Source of the DNA: Desulfatiglandales bacterium
GTDB lineage: Bacteria > Desulfobacterota > DSM-4660 > Desulfatiglandales > Desulfatiglandaceae
Length of the DNA stretch: 64,000 bases
NCBI GenBank assembly: GCA_963666345.1
Contig: OY762721.1
Coordinates: 3,968,001-4,032,000 of the forward strand
Direction of reading: 5' to 3'
Made by a program: the position numbers and the translations under genes. Positions 40,827-50,960 of the stretch are shown here, in pieces; position 1 is the first letter of the stretch, and the number at the start of each line of letters is the position of its first letter. The notes under the pieces are model-generated. The model did not search any database. It saw nothing but the letters and a program-made list of their open reading frames with translations, and was not told the DNA's origin.

Positions 40827-41075
40827 TTATTTCTTGTTGTTGAAACTTGGGTTTTGACCTTTTTGTTGTTTTTTGATTATTGTTTTTACTTTCTGTTCTA
40901 GGCATTTAAGCGAAATAGCAATTAGCTCATCTTCGTCACGGTTTTTCAGTCCAGCCTTTAAAAATTTCAACCTTTCAGCCGATTCTTTGTCAAGTTCCAC
41001 CATAATCGTTACACTCTCGTCTTTTTCTTTGAGTTTGATAGTTTTTTTGAGAATTTTCTTTACCTTAGTAATCAA
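40827..41075 (-). CDS. Small hypothetical protein, possibly ribbon-helix-helix
   Basis: AGGAGG RBS before TTG; VTIMVELDKESAERLKFLK...ELIAISL pattern. Confidence 0.5.
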   Translation of the reverse strand: MITKVKKILKKTIKLKEKDESVTIMVELDKESAERLKFLKAGLKNRDEDELIAISLKCLEQKVKTIIKKQQKGQNPSFNNKK

Positions 41076-41617
41076 AGCAGCCTCCTGGCATTTTCAGGAC
41101 TTAAAAAAAGGCCCATCAGCCGATATTTATCCGCTTGAGGACCTTAATGTTTTTTCTTTTCCAAGCAGTTACCTTAAGGGAAACGATATTTTAAGCCAAA
41201 GACTTAAAAAAATAGCCGAAGATATCTCGTGATTTGGACTGAAATCTTTCTAGTAGAAATATTATCAGCTGCGATTTATATTGTCAAGCGTCGATCTTGC
41301 CTATAGTAGCGCTTTCATATCAAAGCAGTGCTTGGGATTATTGGCAATGTGTGAATAGGCATTCAAATTTGACCCACTTGGGGAGGCAATCGGGACACAA
41401 CAATGACCAGTCCAAGGCGCTGCAAAGCTTGTGTGGCAAAGGGTTTCTGGTCCAGAGAGGTGGGATTGCCTGAGTTCCGATACCGGGTCAAATTTGGAGG
41501 CCGATCCACATTTTTGCGCTCTGCGATCTGGAGACCCTTCTGGCCATATTTTGTCGCAGATTCTATTTCAACGGACAAAAACTCTCACACAAATTCTCAC
41601 ACAGCAGGTTTTTAGAC

Positions 41618-41653
41618 AAAAAAAGAGGGTTAAGCACGATAACTTAACCCTCT
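41618..41653 (-). terminator. Rho-independent terminator downstream of tRNA-Phe
   Basis: AGAGGGTTAAG-8 nt-CTTAACCCTCT followed by a T-run on the minus strand. Confidence 0.75.
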
Positions 41654-41672
41654 AAAAAAACGGTATTTTTTA

Positions 41673-41748
41673 TGGTGCCGAGACGCAGAATTGAACTGCG
41701 GACACGGGGATTTTCAGTCCCCTGCTCTACCGTCTGAGCTATCTCGGC
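41673..41748 (-). tRNA. tRNA-Phe(GAA)
   Basis: GCCGAGATAGCTCAGACGGTAGAGCAGGGGACTGAAAATCCCCGTGTCCGCAGTTCAATTCTGCGTCTCGGCACCA; 76 nt, encoded CCA. Confidence 0.98.
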
Positions 41749-41763
41749 ACGAGATAAAGGGGC

Positions 41764-41792
41764 ATTATAGATATGGTTTTTTAATGGGTCAA
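41764..41792 (-). promoter_or_regulatory. sigma70 promoter of tRNA-Phe
   Basis: TTGACC-17 bp-TATAAT. Confidence 0.75.
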
Positions 41793-41822
41793 GAATAAAT
41801 TTGGCAAAATCAGGGCGTCCCG

Positions 41823-42815
41823 CTATTTTTCCTCGGGCTCATCAAGGTCAAGCTCAAATTCCAATGAATCCAGATCAAGTGTAAGCTCTTCATCCATGTC
41901 TTCGGAGGGCTCGGCCTTGGCGGCTTCCCTGTTATCATCGGCGGAAATTTCATCGAGCAGTGAGGCTGCTTCAGCAAGTTTGCTTGATACCTCGTCGCCG
42001 AGTCCGTGTTCGATTTCATCCTCTTCAAAAGGAGAAGGTTCCTCAAGATCAAAGATGAATACCTCGTCGCCGAGTCCGTGTTCGATTTCATCCTCTTCAA
42101 AAGGAGAAGGTTCCTCAAGATCAAAGATGAAATCTTCTTCTTGCTCCTGTTTTGATTCTTCCCCCGGATCAAGATTGAGTTCTTCTTCCATGTCAGAATC
42201 TTCCTCATCATCAAGATCAAGGGCCAGATCAAGCTCTTCCTCGATGTTTCCGGCATCTTCCATGGAAACGTCCTTCCGGTCCATGAGAGAATCAGGACTT
42301 TCGAGCTCCTTATCCAGATCGGCAAGATCAGGCTCAAAGAGTATCTCTTCTTCAGGCAGGGATTGCTCAGGTTCGTCAATGGTGAAATCTTCAAGTTCTA
42401 TTTCATCTTCCAGATCAGGCTCAAAGAGGATCTCTTCTTCCGAATCCGTTGCCTCGTAAGGCTCTTCAACAGTGAGATCTTCAAGCTTAATCTCATCTTC
42501 CATGTCGGAGTCGATGCTGATCTCGAATTCTTCAGGCTCCGCTTCGACTGCCGGATCGGGAGATGTTTTCCCCGAATCCATTTCCTGGGGCCTTTTTAAG
42601 GGTGGGATTCCTTCAGGGGGTGAAAATTCAAGATCCAAAGGGGCACCGTTGCCCTGGCCGATGAGTGAGCCTAGAAGGGAAGGGGGATTGGGGATATAAG
42701 AGGGATGATTCATTTTAGCCCCTGCCCCTGATATGTCCCGATTACACTTGGGGCATACTTCGTTGTAGTCAAAACTAATATAACCGCATTTTGGGCATTT
42801 CATTTTTGACTCCAA
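41823..42815 (-). CDS. Zn-ribbon protein with long acidic low-complexity tail
   Basis: CPKCGY...CPKC then D/E-rich repeats. Confidence 0.75.
   Translation of the reverse strand: MESKMKCPKCGYISFDYNEVCPKCNRDISGAGAKMNHPSYIPNPPSLLGSLIGQGNGAPLDLEFSPPEGIPPLKRPQEMDSGKTSPDPAVEAEPEEFEISIDSDMEDEIKLEDLTVEEPYEATDSEEEILFEPDLEDEIELEDFTIDEPEQSLPEEEILFEPDLADLDKELESPDSLMDRKDVSMEDAGNIEEELDLALDLDDEEDSDMEEELNLDPGEESKQEQEEDFIFDLEEPSPFEEDEIEHGLGDEVFIFDLEEPSPFEEDEIEHGLGDEVSSKLAEAASLLDEISADDNREAAKAEPSEDMDEELTLDLDSLEFELDLDEPEEK
41987..42130. repeat. Exact 2 x 72-bp tandem repeat inside the CDS
   Basis: Encodes FIFDLEEPSPFEEDEIEHGLGDEV twice. Confidence 0.9.
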
Positions 42816-42953
42816 AAATTACATAGAATAAAATACAGTTTGTGCAAATTGATTGAATTATATTAATAAGAGTATCATATTACGATAGATAACACTGTTT
42901 TATGTAATGGTCAAGAAATGTCTGTTCCGTGTGGTTGTGCCTGGATCTTTTAC

Positions 42954-43433
42954 TTATGACCTTCCAAGGTATCTGCCGCCCAGATCGAGTGTGCAGAGCG
43001 GTTTATCCTCACTGTAAACCTTTGCCTTAAGGATTTCTGCAGTGAAGAGCGTGTGATTACCCGGGCTTGATTTTTCTCTTACCTCGCACTCTATCCAGGC
43101 TATGCAGTCTTTCAGGATAGGGCATCCCTTATCCCCTTCAAACCAGTCGAGTCCCCTGAATTTTCCAGAAGGCTCCGGCGCCTTGAATCTGGTAAGCATT
43201 TCCGACTGTCTTTCACCTATGACATGAAGCGCGAAAAGGCCGCTTTTCTCTATCAGATGATGGGTGAATCTGCCGGGGTGAACCGCGACCATCACCATCG
43301 GAGGCTCGTAAGAGATCTGCGTGACCCACGATGCTATCATCCCGTTTTTTTCGGAGCCGAAAAAGCTTGTAAGGACGTAAATGCCGTTTGTGAATCTTCC
43401 CAGGCCTTCGCGAATTTCAGTATCCATCTCCAT
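42954..43433 (-). CDS. Flavin reductase family protein
   Basis: GIYVLT, NGMIASWVTQISYEPP, GNHTLF. Confidence 0.9.
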   Translation of the reverse strand: MEMDTEIREGLGRFTNGIYVLTSFFGSEKNGMIASWVTQISYEPPMVMVAVHPGRFTHHLIEKSGLFALHVIGERQSEMLTRFKAPEPSGKFRGLDWFEGDKGCPILKDCIAWIECEVREKSSPGNHTLFTAEILKAKVYSEDKPLCTLDLGGRYLGRS

Positions 43434-43451
43434 GTCCCCCTACAAATAGGA

Positions 43452-43916
43452 TTACCGGCATTCCTCCATGGCCGTCCTTGCAAGGCTGTCGCACCTTTCG
43501 TTTTCAGTGTGACCGTTGTGTCCCTTGATCCATGCCCATTCGATATCGTGAGGCTCGCTTACCAGCAGCAGTTCTTCCCATAAGTCCCTGTTGAGCACGG
43601 GTTTTTTCTGCGAATTGATCCAATTGCGCTTGAGCCAGCCCTTTATCCACTGGGTCATGCCTTTGACAACATAGCTGGAATCGGTAACTATCCTTATCCG
43701 GCACGGCCTTTTGATTTGTTTGAGTGCCTCTATTACCGCCCTCATTTCCATCCTGTTATTGGTCGTGTCTCTTTCACAGCCCTGGAGTTCCTTTGACTTT
43801 TCTTTATACCTCAGTATGGCACCGAAGCCGCCCGGGCCGGGATTTCCGCTGCAGGCGCCGTCGGTAAAGATCTCTACCTCTATATCTTCCTTATTGCGAT
43901 TTTTCCCCTCACTCAT
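43452..43916 (-). CDS. rnhA: Ribonuclease HI
   Basis: [41 protein letters not shown]. Confidence 0.97.
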   Translation of the reverse strand: MSEGKNRNKEDIEVEIFTDGACSGNPGPGGFGAILRYKEKSKELQGCERDTTNNRMEMRAVIEALKQIKRPCRIRIVTDSSYVVKGMTQWIKGWLKRNWINSQKKPVLNRDLWEELLLVSEPHDIEWAWIKGHNGHTENERCDSLARTAMEECR

Positions 43917-43919
43917 CTT

Positions 43920-44630
43920 TTAATTCCGTTTTCCCCCGAGTTCCTCTTTTATCCTTCCCCTTATGGGGAGAGTGATTTGAGGTTTTTCAGGATAATTTGT
44001 TTTCAGATTCAATATGCCGTGAAATGCTGAAGATGCGTCAGGTTTGCTTTTAAACAGGACCCTGAAACGCCTCCCCTTTTCAATTTCCTCAATGGTATAG
44101 GTGAGTTGATTCTCCAGATTAAAGTAAACAGGTGTCAATTCGAGGGGCCGATCAAGGCCTGCCCTCAATTCAACCGCCCTTTCTATCGGTTTTCCTCTCT
44201 TCCCTTTAATCAATAAGGATGCCGGCGAATAATAGATCGGAGACTTAACAAAGGCACTTATTGTAAGCCTCATCTCCTTTATCGTGGGATCATTGGAATA
44301 TACCCTGACTGTGTCCCGAAGCCTTCCCTGCTTTCCCGCCGTTTTGACCCTTACGGTTATCTTTCCCTCCCCGCCCGGGGGAACGGCCCAGTCGTAATCG
44401 GGCACTGAACAACCTCATCCGGGTCTTACCTTGTTAATGCTGAGGATCTCGTCTCCCTTGTTAGAGACCGTAAAACTGTGCTCGATAATGCCGCCTTCAA
44501 GTATTTCACCTGCGTCATGGGTCTTTTCCTTGATCACCAGCCTCGGTCCTGCGGCGCTGTGGCAATGGGTTGTCAAGAATATGGAAAAGAAGACAAAAAG
44601 AAAGATAGACCTTATTGTTTTACCTGACAT
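43920..44630 (-). CDS. DUF1573-domain exported protein, probable selenoprotein (UGA at 44415-44417, U-G-C)
   Basis: Two track ORFs are in frame: HSFTVSNKGDEILSINKVRPG-TGA-GCSVPDYDWAVPPGGEGKI; hairpin at 44386-44403. Confidence 0.85.
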
Positions 44631-44679
44631 AATGCCTGCCGCTGCTCATGGGATTAAACACCTTTTAATCATATCAACC

Positions 44680-44821
44680 TTGACGGCTTCGTGAAAAGTC
44701 CAACTGTCCCGCCTCGGGCGGGATTACGCTTCATCTTTCGATTGCGATCCCGCCGGAAGCGGGATAAATACGCCTCATTTTTGGTGTGCCGTCTCGATTA
44801 TCACTTTTTACAAATTCATCA
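44680..44821. repeat. Short IR-bounded REP/MITE-like repeat
   Basis: TTGACGGCTTCGTGAAAAGT ... ACTTTTTACAAATTCATCA; the 16-mer TCAACCTTGACGGCTT recurs at 53891. Confidence 0.55.
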
Positions 44822-44938
44822 GGCTCGACTAATCGGAGATGACCTTCAGGATGTAATATTTATCAGAAGAACTCCGTCATATAAAGGTTTATTTCATCAT
44901 GGAAAACCCGGTTTTCCAAACAGTGTATGAAGATATGC

Positions 44939-45185
44939 GGTTCTTTTCCAACCTGGTTGGCGAAGAGGGTCCATGGACCGAAGGACCCAAGGGATCAAGG
45001 GCTTGTTTTCTAAAGACTTTATCAGCATTTTTAACAATTTTGTGATCTCTGTGCACCTTATGTTGTTTGAGAATTTTCTGATTTATTCCATATGCCTGAA
45101 AAGCTTTCGCAGGATTTCTGCAACAGCTTTAAATCTTTGCAATGCTTTAGCGTATCCTCCGTTTCAATGGAGCACTTGAATCCTT
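44939..45185 (-). mobile_element. Internally deleted MITE copy (short subfamily), right end unclear
   Basis: Starts GGTTCTTTTCCAA; aligns over ~240 bp with 51909 onward. Confidence 0.75.
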
Positions 45186-45363
45186 CCATGAGGCTGCGCC
45201 TTTTTCCTGGCATACGCGTGAACTCGAGTGGGCTAGAATTATAATGACAAGATCCGTTATATGCTATATATATAGAATCGTTAGAAGTTATGGTATGAAT
45301 GCCCAAAGATTCCAGCTCCCTGGCAGGAGCCGGGGGAAATAAAAAAGCTTGAATTGAGAGAAG

Positions 45364-47670
45364 ATGAAAGACCACAAGTCGCAGACTGAAGAAGGGCAGG
45401 TTCATGAGCCCCCGGACGAAGAGGTCTCTTTAAGCAAGGGGATGGTCGTAGCCTGTGAGCGGCTCTCCAGTGAAAGGTACAGGGCCTTTGTAGACAATAT
45501 GGAAGAGGGCGTCTACGAGGTGGACATCCATGGCAACTTCCTCTACTTCAACGATTCTCTTTGCAGGATTTTCGGGTATCCGAGGCAGGAGGTGCAGTTT
45601 CAGAATTTCTCCAGATTTATTGATGAGAGGTACGTAAAGGAGGCCCTTGAGGTGTTTGGCCGCCTTTCCAAGACATCAGAGCCTGTTAGCGGACTTTTCT
45701 GGAAGGGGAGGGCGAAGAACGGTGAGATACGCGTTATGGAGGTATCCGCCAATCTTATAGTCAATAAAGAGGGGGAAAAAATTGGTTTTCGCGGCATCGT
45801 CCGCGACATCACCGAAAGATATGAGGCACAGGAGGCGGTGCGATCTTCCGAGAGGAGATACAGGGCTCTTCTCGATTTCGTCCCATACCCGATAGTCGCC
45901 TTTACCCTTGAGGGGCTGGTGTCTTACCTGAATCCGGCATTTACGCAGACCTTCGGCTGGAGCCTCAAGGAATTAAAGGGCAGGGCCATCCCTTATGTCC
46001 CATCCCATCTTCGCGAAGAGACAAGAGAGAGCATAAAGAGGCTTTTCAAGGAAAAGCTGATATGGAATCTTGAGACCCAGAGGTTGACCAAGGACGGCAG
46101 AATCATGGACGTCATTTCAGGTGCCACCCTTTATTCGGAGACAGGAGATGAGCCGTCAGGGGAACTCGTCATTTTACGGGATATAACTCAAGAAAAGAGA
46201 ATGACCAGGATAAACGAGGCACTGCTCAGAATAAGCCTCGCGCTGCCGGAGTATCCCGATCTTGCAGGCCTGCTGGATTATATTACCGGCGAGGTCAAGA
46301 GCCTTCTGGGAGTTGAGGGGGCCCTTGTAATCTTCCTGGATGAAGAAAAAAAAGAACTTTATTTCAAGGCTGCCTCACACGACGATTCCGATACGGAAAA
46401 GAGGGTGAAGGAGATCAGATTCCCGGCTGATAAAGGGGTTTCAGGCAAGGTAATTGAAACCGGTAAACCGATGATCGTCCCTGATACCTCCAGTAACCCC
46501 TATTTTTATTCGGTGGTCGATGCTCAGGCCAGGTTCGTCACCAAGAGCCTTCTGGATGTCCCGCTGAAAAGCAGGGACAGGATTTTCGGAGTCCTTTGCG
46601 CAATGAACAAAAAGGCGGGGACGTTTGATAAGACCGATGTCGAACTTCTCAATATGCTTGCCGGAACCGTGGGGTTGAGTATAGAAAACGCGAGATTTTC
46701 GGAGGAACTTAAAGAGGCCTACAGGGAAGTGACAAGCCTCAACAGGGCAAAGGACAAGGTGTTGAACCATCTGTCCCATGAACTCAAAACCCCGCTTTCG
46801 GTTCTGAGCGCGTCTCTCAGTATCTTGTCAAAGAAACTGAAGGACCTTCAGGACGAGACATGGAAGACCACGATCGAAAGGTCGAGGCGGAACCTTAACA
46901 GGATTCTGGAGATCCAATACCAGGTGGAAGACATAATGAGGGACAGGACCTACCAGACCTATCGCATGCTTTCCCTGCTTCTTGATGAATGCTCCGACGA
47001 ACTGGTCTCCCTTGTCAGCGACGAGGTCGGAGAAGGCGATATATCGAAGCGAATCAGAACCAGGATCGATGAATTATTCGGTCCCAAAGAGAGCCTTCCC
47101 GAAGATATCCATCTGGATAAGTTCGCAGGGGATGTTATGAAAGAGGTAGCGCCTCTTTTCAGGCACAGAGGGGTGGAGATAGCAAGCTTTTTCGAAGATG
47201 TCCCCGTTATCACCATGCCTCCTGACGCATTAAGGAAGATGGTGGAGGGCCTGTTGAGAAACGCCGTTGAAAACACCCCTGATCAAGGCAGGATCGAGAT
47301 ATACGTTCGGACAAGGGGAAAGGGGTCCGAATTCGTGGTAAAGGACTATGGCGTGGGTATAACGGAAGACAATCAAAGACGAATTTTTGAGGGATTTTTT
47401 ACCACCCAGGAGACCATGGACTATTCCTCCAAGAGGCCGTTTGATTTTAACGCAGGTGGTAAGGGAGCGGATCTGCTGAGGGTCAAGATATTTTCGGAAA
47501 GATACGGTTTTGAGGTAGGCATGGATTCAAACAGGTGCAGATATATACCGTCGGATAAGGATAAGTGCCCCGGGCTCATAAGCGAGTGCGGTTTTTGCGA
47601 TAAGGTCGATGATTGCCTCCTGTCGGGCGGTACAACCTTCAGCCTGTTTTTCCCCGGTTCTTCCGAGTAG
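45364..47670 (+). CDS. PAS-PAS-GAF sensor histidine kinase with Cys-rich insert in HATPase
   Basis: SHELKTPLS, NAVENT, KDYGVGI, CRYIP...CPG..SECGFC...C. Confidence 0.9.
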   Translation: MKDHKSQTEEGQVHEPPDEEVSLSKGMVVACERLSSERYRAFVDNMEEGVYEVDIHGNFLYFNDSLCRIFGYPRQEVQFQNFSRFIDERYVKEALEVFGRLSKTSEPVSGLFWKGRAKNGEIRVMEVSANLIVNKEGEKIGFRGIVRDITERYEAQEAVRSSERRYRALLDFVPYPIVAFTLEGLVSYLNPAFTQTFGWSLKELKGRAIPYVPSHLREETRESIKRLFKEKLIWNLETQRLTKDGRIMDVISGATLYSETGDEPSGELVILRDITQEKRMTRINEALLRISLALPEYPDLAGLLDYITGEVKSLLGVEGALVIFLDEEKKELYFKAASHDDSDTEKRVKEIRFPADKGVSGKVIETGKPMIVPDTSSNPYFYSVVDAQARFVTKSLLDVPLKSRDRIFGVLCAMNKKAGTFDKTDVELLNMLAGTVGLSIENARFSEELKEAYREVTSLNRAKDKVLNHLSHELKTPLSVLSASLSILSKKLKDLQDETWKTTIERSRRNLNRILEIQYQVEDIMRDRTYQTYRMLSLLLDECSDELVSLVSDEVGEGDISKRIRTRIDELFGPKESLPEDIHLDKFAGDVMKEVAPLFRHRGVEIASFFEDVPVITMPPDALRKMVEGLLRNAVENTPDQGRIEIYVRTRGKGSEFVVKDYGVGITEDNQRRIFEGFFTTQETMDYSSKRPFDFNAGGKGADLLRVKIFSERYGFEVGMDSNRCRYIPSDKDKCPGLISECGFCDKVDDCLLSGGTTFSLFFPGSSE

Positions 47671-47679
47671 GGCGCGTGT

Positions 47680-48111
47680 ATGGATGAATTGATAAAATCG
47701 AGTATTTCAAAAGAGGTTTCACAAGAGGGATATTCCGGTAAGCTGGGAATAATGCTTGTGGACCTCGCTCCCGGGTATGCCCTGGTTGAGATGGTTCCGG
47801 CCGGCGATGATCTCAACATATTCGGAACGGTTCACGGCGGGGCCATTTATTCCCTTGCGGACGAGGCGTTTCAGGTCTCATGTAATTCGCACGGGACCGT
47901 TGCGGTGGCTCTCAGCGTGAACATGGTGTATCACCACCCTGCAGAAAAGGGCCTCAAGTTAAGGGCCGAATCCAGGGAGATAAATCGTTCCAAAAAAACT
48001 GCGACTTACGAGATAAGGGTTTCAGACGAACGGGGCACTCTCATAGCCTCCTGCCAGGCCCTGGCCTACAGGAAAGGAAACCGCCTTCCTTTCATTAACA
48101 GTGGTAAATAG
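47680..48111 (+). CDS. PaaI-family hotdog thioesterase
   Basis: NIFGTVHGGAIYSLADEAF. Confidence 0.9.
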   Translation: MDELIKSSISKEVSQEGYSGKLGIMLVDLAPGYALVEMVPAGDDLNIFGTVHGGAIYSLADEAFQVSCNSHGTVAVALSVNMVYHHPAEKGLKLRAESREINRSKKTATYEIRVSDERGTLIASCQALAYRKGNRLPFINSGK

Positions 48112-48193
48112 CAACCTTTAATGCTGATTATAATTTAAAGCTAACTTAAATGTTATAAATGTGATTATATTTTAATCACTTAAGGAAATTAAT

Positions 48194-48222
48194 TTGACAG
48201 TAGATCAAAAATTAAATATCTT
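48194..48222 (+). promoter_or_regulatory. sigma70 promoter upstream of hpt
   Basis: TTGACA-17 bp-TATCTT. Confidence 0.55.
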
Positions 48223-48248
48223 TCCCGCGTGTTGCTTCAGACGGCCGC

Positions 48249-48800
48249 ATGCTGTCTATTAAATTACTGAAAGTTGAGTCGAGAAAATTGAAACGAGAGA
48301 TCCTTTTTACTAGTGATACGGTTCAGCAAAGGGTAAGGGAAATGGCAGGGGAGATTACAGCCGACTATGAGGGTGAGGAGCCGATCCTTATAGGAGTACT
48401 GAACGGGGTCATATTCTTTTTTGCTGATCTGGTCAGAAGCATTGCCATACCCACTAAAATTGATTTTATAAGGGCCTCGAGTTACGGGTCCGGCACTGTT
48501 TCAAAAGGGGAGATATCGCTGACAAAGGATGTCGAGATCCAGGTTGAGGGAGAGCACGTGATCATCGTCGAGGATATAGTTGACACGGGGCTCACTCTGA
48601 ACCGGATTGTTGATCACCTGGAAGAAAAAGGTGCGAAATCGTGCAGGATATGCGCGCTTATCGACAAGAGCGAAAGAAGAAAAAAGGAAGTGTCTGTCGA
48701 CTACTGCGGTTTCAAATTAGAGGGAGGTTTTGTTGTAGGTTACGGACTTGACTATGGAGAAAGATACAGATATCTGTCTGATATCTGTGTACTTAAATAG
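48249..48800 (+). CDS. hpt: Hypoxanthine phosphoribosyltransferase
   Basis: ASSYG, IIVEDIVDTGLTL, FVVGYGLDY. Confidence 0.95.
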   Translation: MLSIKLLKVESRKLKREILFTSDTVQQRVREMAGEITADYEGEEPILIGVLNGVIFFFADLVRSIAIPTKIDFIRASSYGSGTVSKGEISLTKDVEIQVEGEHVIIVEDIVDTGLTLNRIVDHLEEKGAKSCRICALIDKSERRKKEVSVDYCGFKLEGGFVVGYGLDYGERYRYLSDICVLK

Positions 48801-48891
48801 TTTCCGATAAGGAAACTTATCTGCGTCCGTTATTATATCTTCCGACGGGCAATAAACGGTAAGAGTCCGCACCTTAAACTCGGGGGTTTAG

Positions 48892-49707
48892 ATGATCATC
48901 CAATGTGAAAAATGTCTTACAAGATTTAATCTCGACGAGGCCTTGCTGCAGGAAAAAGGAACCAGGGTGAAATGTACCGTCTGTTCCAGCATCTTTACGG
49001 CCTATCCTGAAAAAAAGGACCTGGATCGCGAGATCGGGGAGGCCCGGGAAAGGGACGATGAAGAGAAATTCTGGGATGATCGGGAGGGGCCTGGAAAGGA
49101 TTTGGAAGAAGAGGCTGAAGGGCCTTTGGAAGAGACCGCCTACGAACCTGAAACAACAAGAATCGGGAAAAGAAACTCCCGGCTACCGCTTTTATTCCTT
49201 TTGATAATACTTCTGTTTACGGGAGCTGCCGCCCTGATCCATTTTCTGATGCCTGATATGCTTCCCAGGTTACTGCCGTTTTTAAAGACCGAACAGGTCA
49301 AAGAGACAACCGACACAGGTGTCAGCAGACTTACCTTCCATTCCGTATCAGGGGAATTTGTTGATTCCAAAAAGGAAGGCAGCATTTTTCTTATCAATGG
49401 AAAGGTAAAAAACGATTACCCCGAAAACAGGATCTATCTGTTGATGCAAGGCTCCATCCTGGATAACAAGGGTAAGACCGTAAAGACGCAGACGGCCTAT
49501 GCGGGTAACATCCTCACTGAAGAGGAGATAAAGACCCTGAGCCTCACTGAGATCGACGGGGAGTTGAAAAGCCGTACGAGGATGGAAACGGGGAAATACC
49601 TTGTTGCCGGTGGAGCTTCCATCCCCTTTATGATCGTGCTGGGCGGTCTGCCTGATGATGTAAGCGAATTTACCGTTAAGGCGATTCGCTCTTCACCCGG
49701 TGCCTAG
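48892..49707 (+). CDS. MJ0042-type zinc-ribbon / DUF3426 membrane protein
   Basis: MIIQCEKC.TRF...RVKCTVC, single TM, C-terminal beta domain. Confidence 0.8.
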   Translation: MIIQCEKCLTRFNLDEALLQEKGTRVKCTVCSSIFTAYPEKKDLDREIGEARERDDEEKFWDDREGPGKDLEEEAEGPLEETAYEPETTRIGKRNSRLPLLFLLIILLFTGAAALIHFLMPDMLPRLLPFLKTEQVKETTDTGVSRLTFHSVSGEFVDSKKEGSIFLINGKVKNDYPENRIYLLMQGSILDNKGKTVKTQTAYAGNILTEEEIKTLSLTEIDGELKSRTRMETGKYLVAGGASIPFMIVLGGLPDDVSEFTVKAIRSSPGA

Positions 49708-49916
49708 ATCTTTTATGCCCGGCTTCTTCCACTGAACCACCCCAGGCCTGTCAGGGCGCAGTCCTTTTTCCCGATAGCACATATGGTATCCGGTCATTGT
49801 CAGGAGGGTCCTTTTCAATTAGTTGCATTTCGGGGCAAAGAGGCGTTCTCAGGAAGATCCTGAGAGTGGCAACAGCACTTCGGATCCTTTTTGGTTGATT
49901 TAACAAGAGAGGCTGA

Positions 49917-50957
49917 ATGCAGACTATAAAGACTTTTGATGAGGGCCGTTACTCAGGGTTGAAAAAACTGATTAAGGGCCTGATTCTTCTGGGTATGGTT
50001 ATTATTGTCGGCACTTCAGGATATATCGTCCTTGAAAAATGGGGATTCCTGGACGCCCTCTATATGACCGTAATAACCATAACCACCGTAGGTTTTAAAG
50101 AGGTAAGACAGGTTTCCGTGCCGGGAAAGATATTTACCGTGGTCCTTATTTTTATGGGAATCGGGATCATGGCATATACCCTCGGAATGGTGGCCCAAAT
50201 GATGGTTGACCTGCAGATAAGGTCTATTTTGGGGAGGAAGAAATTGGGATCCAGGAGAAAAAATATCAAGGATCATTATATAATTTGCGGATACGGGCGC
50301 ATAGGAAGGATCATCGCCTCTGAGCTGAAGGAAAACAACATACCTTGTGTGGTGGTGGACCTGAATCCGGAGTCAAGACAGTCCCTTGAGAACAAAAAGA
50401 TACCGTTCGTCATAGATGACGCCACAAGCGAAGAGGTCCTGCTGGAGGCAGGAATAGAAAGGGCGAAGGGCCTTGTCGCGGTGGTTTTATCTGATGCGGA
50501 CAATCTATTCATAACCATGACCGCCAGAGGTCTCAACCCTGATCTCTTCATCCTGGCAAGGGCGGATGAAGAACCGAGTAAGAAAAAGCTTTTGAGGGCG
50601 GGGGCCAACCGGGTCGTGCTTCCTTATCTGATCGGAGGGCAGAAGATGGCCCACACGATAATAAGGCCGGAGGTGGAGGCCTTTCTTCAGTCCATGGTCC
50701 ATGACAGGGATATGGAACTGAAGATCGAAGAGATTCGGGTAAGCGGGAACTCAGCCTTGAACGGGCTCAATCTTGTTGATTCGCAAATCAGAAAGTCCCT
50801 AAACGTAATAATCGTTGCAATAAGAAAGGGTGGAGGAGAGATGACCTTCAATCCGTCCTCGGAGAGTCTGATAGAGGCGGACGACATACTTATCGCCCTT
50901 GGCAGGGCTGAGGATCTCGACAAGCTGGAAAAAATGCTTGGATCAAAAGGGCACTGA
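49917..50957 (+). CDS. Potassium channel with TrkA-N/C (RCK) domains
   Basis: TITTVGF filter, IICGYGRIG. Confidence 0.92.
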   Translation: MQTIKTFDEGRYSGLKKLIKGLILLGMVIIVGTSGYIVLEKWGFLDALYMTVITITTVGFKEVRQVSVPGKIFTVVLIFMGIGIMAYTLGMVAQMMVDLQIRSILGRKKLGSRRKNIKDHYIICGYGRIGRIIASELKENNIPCVVVDLNPESRQSLENKKIPFVIDDATSEEVLLEAGIERAKGLVAVVLSDADNLFITMTARGLNPDLFILARADEEPSKKKLLRAGANRVVLPYLIGGQKMAHTIIRPEVEAFLQSMVHDRDMELKIEEIRVSGNSALNGLNLVDSQIRKSLNVIIVAIRKGGGEMTFNPSSESLIEADDILIALGRAEDLDKLEKMLGSKGH

Positions 50958-50960
50958 GCC

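Noticed and set aside
41363..41655. Integrase remnant next to tRNA-Phe
   Set aside because: The short ORFs there show no recognisable recombinase motif.
41987..42130. CRISPR array
   Set aside because: Spacer-less, in-frame coding tandem repeat; no repeat-spacer array or cas genes seen in the window.
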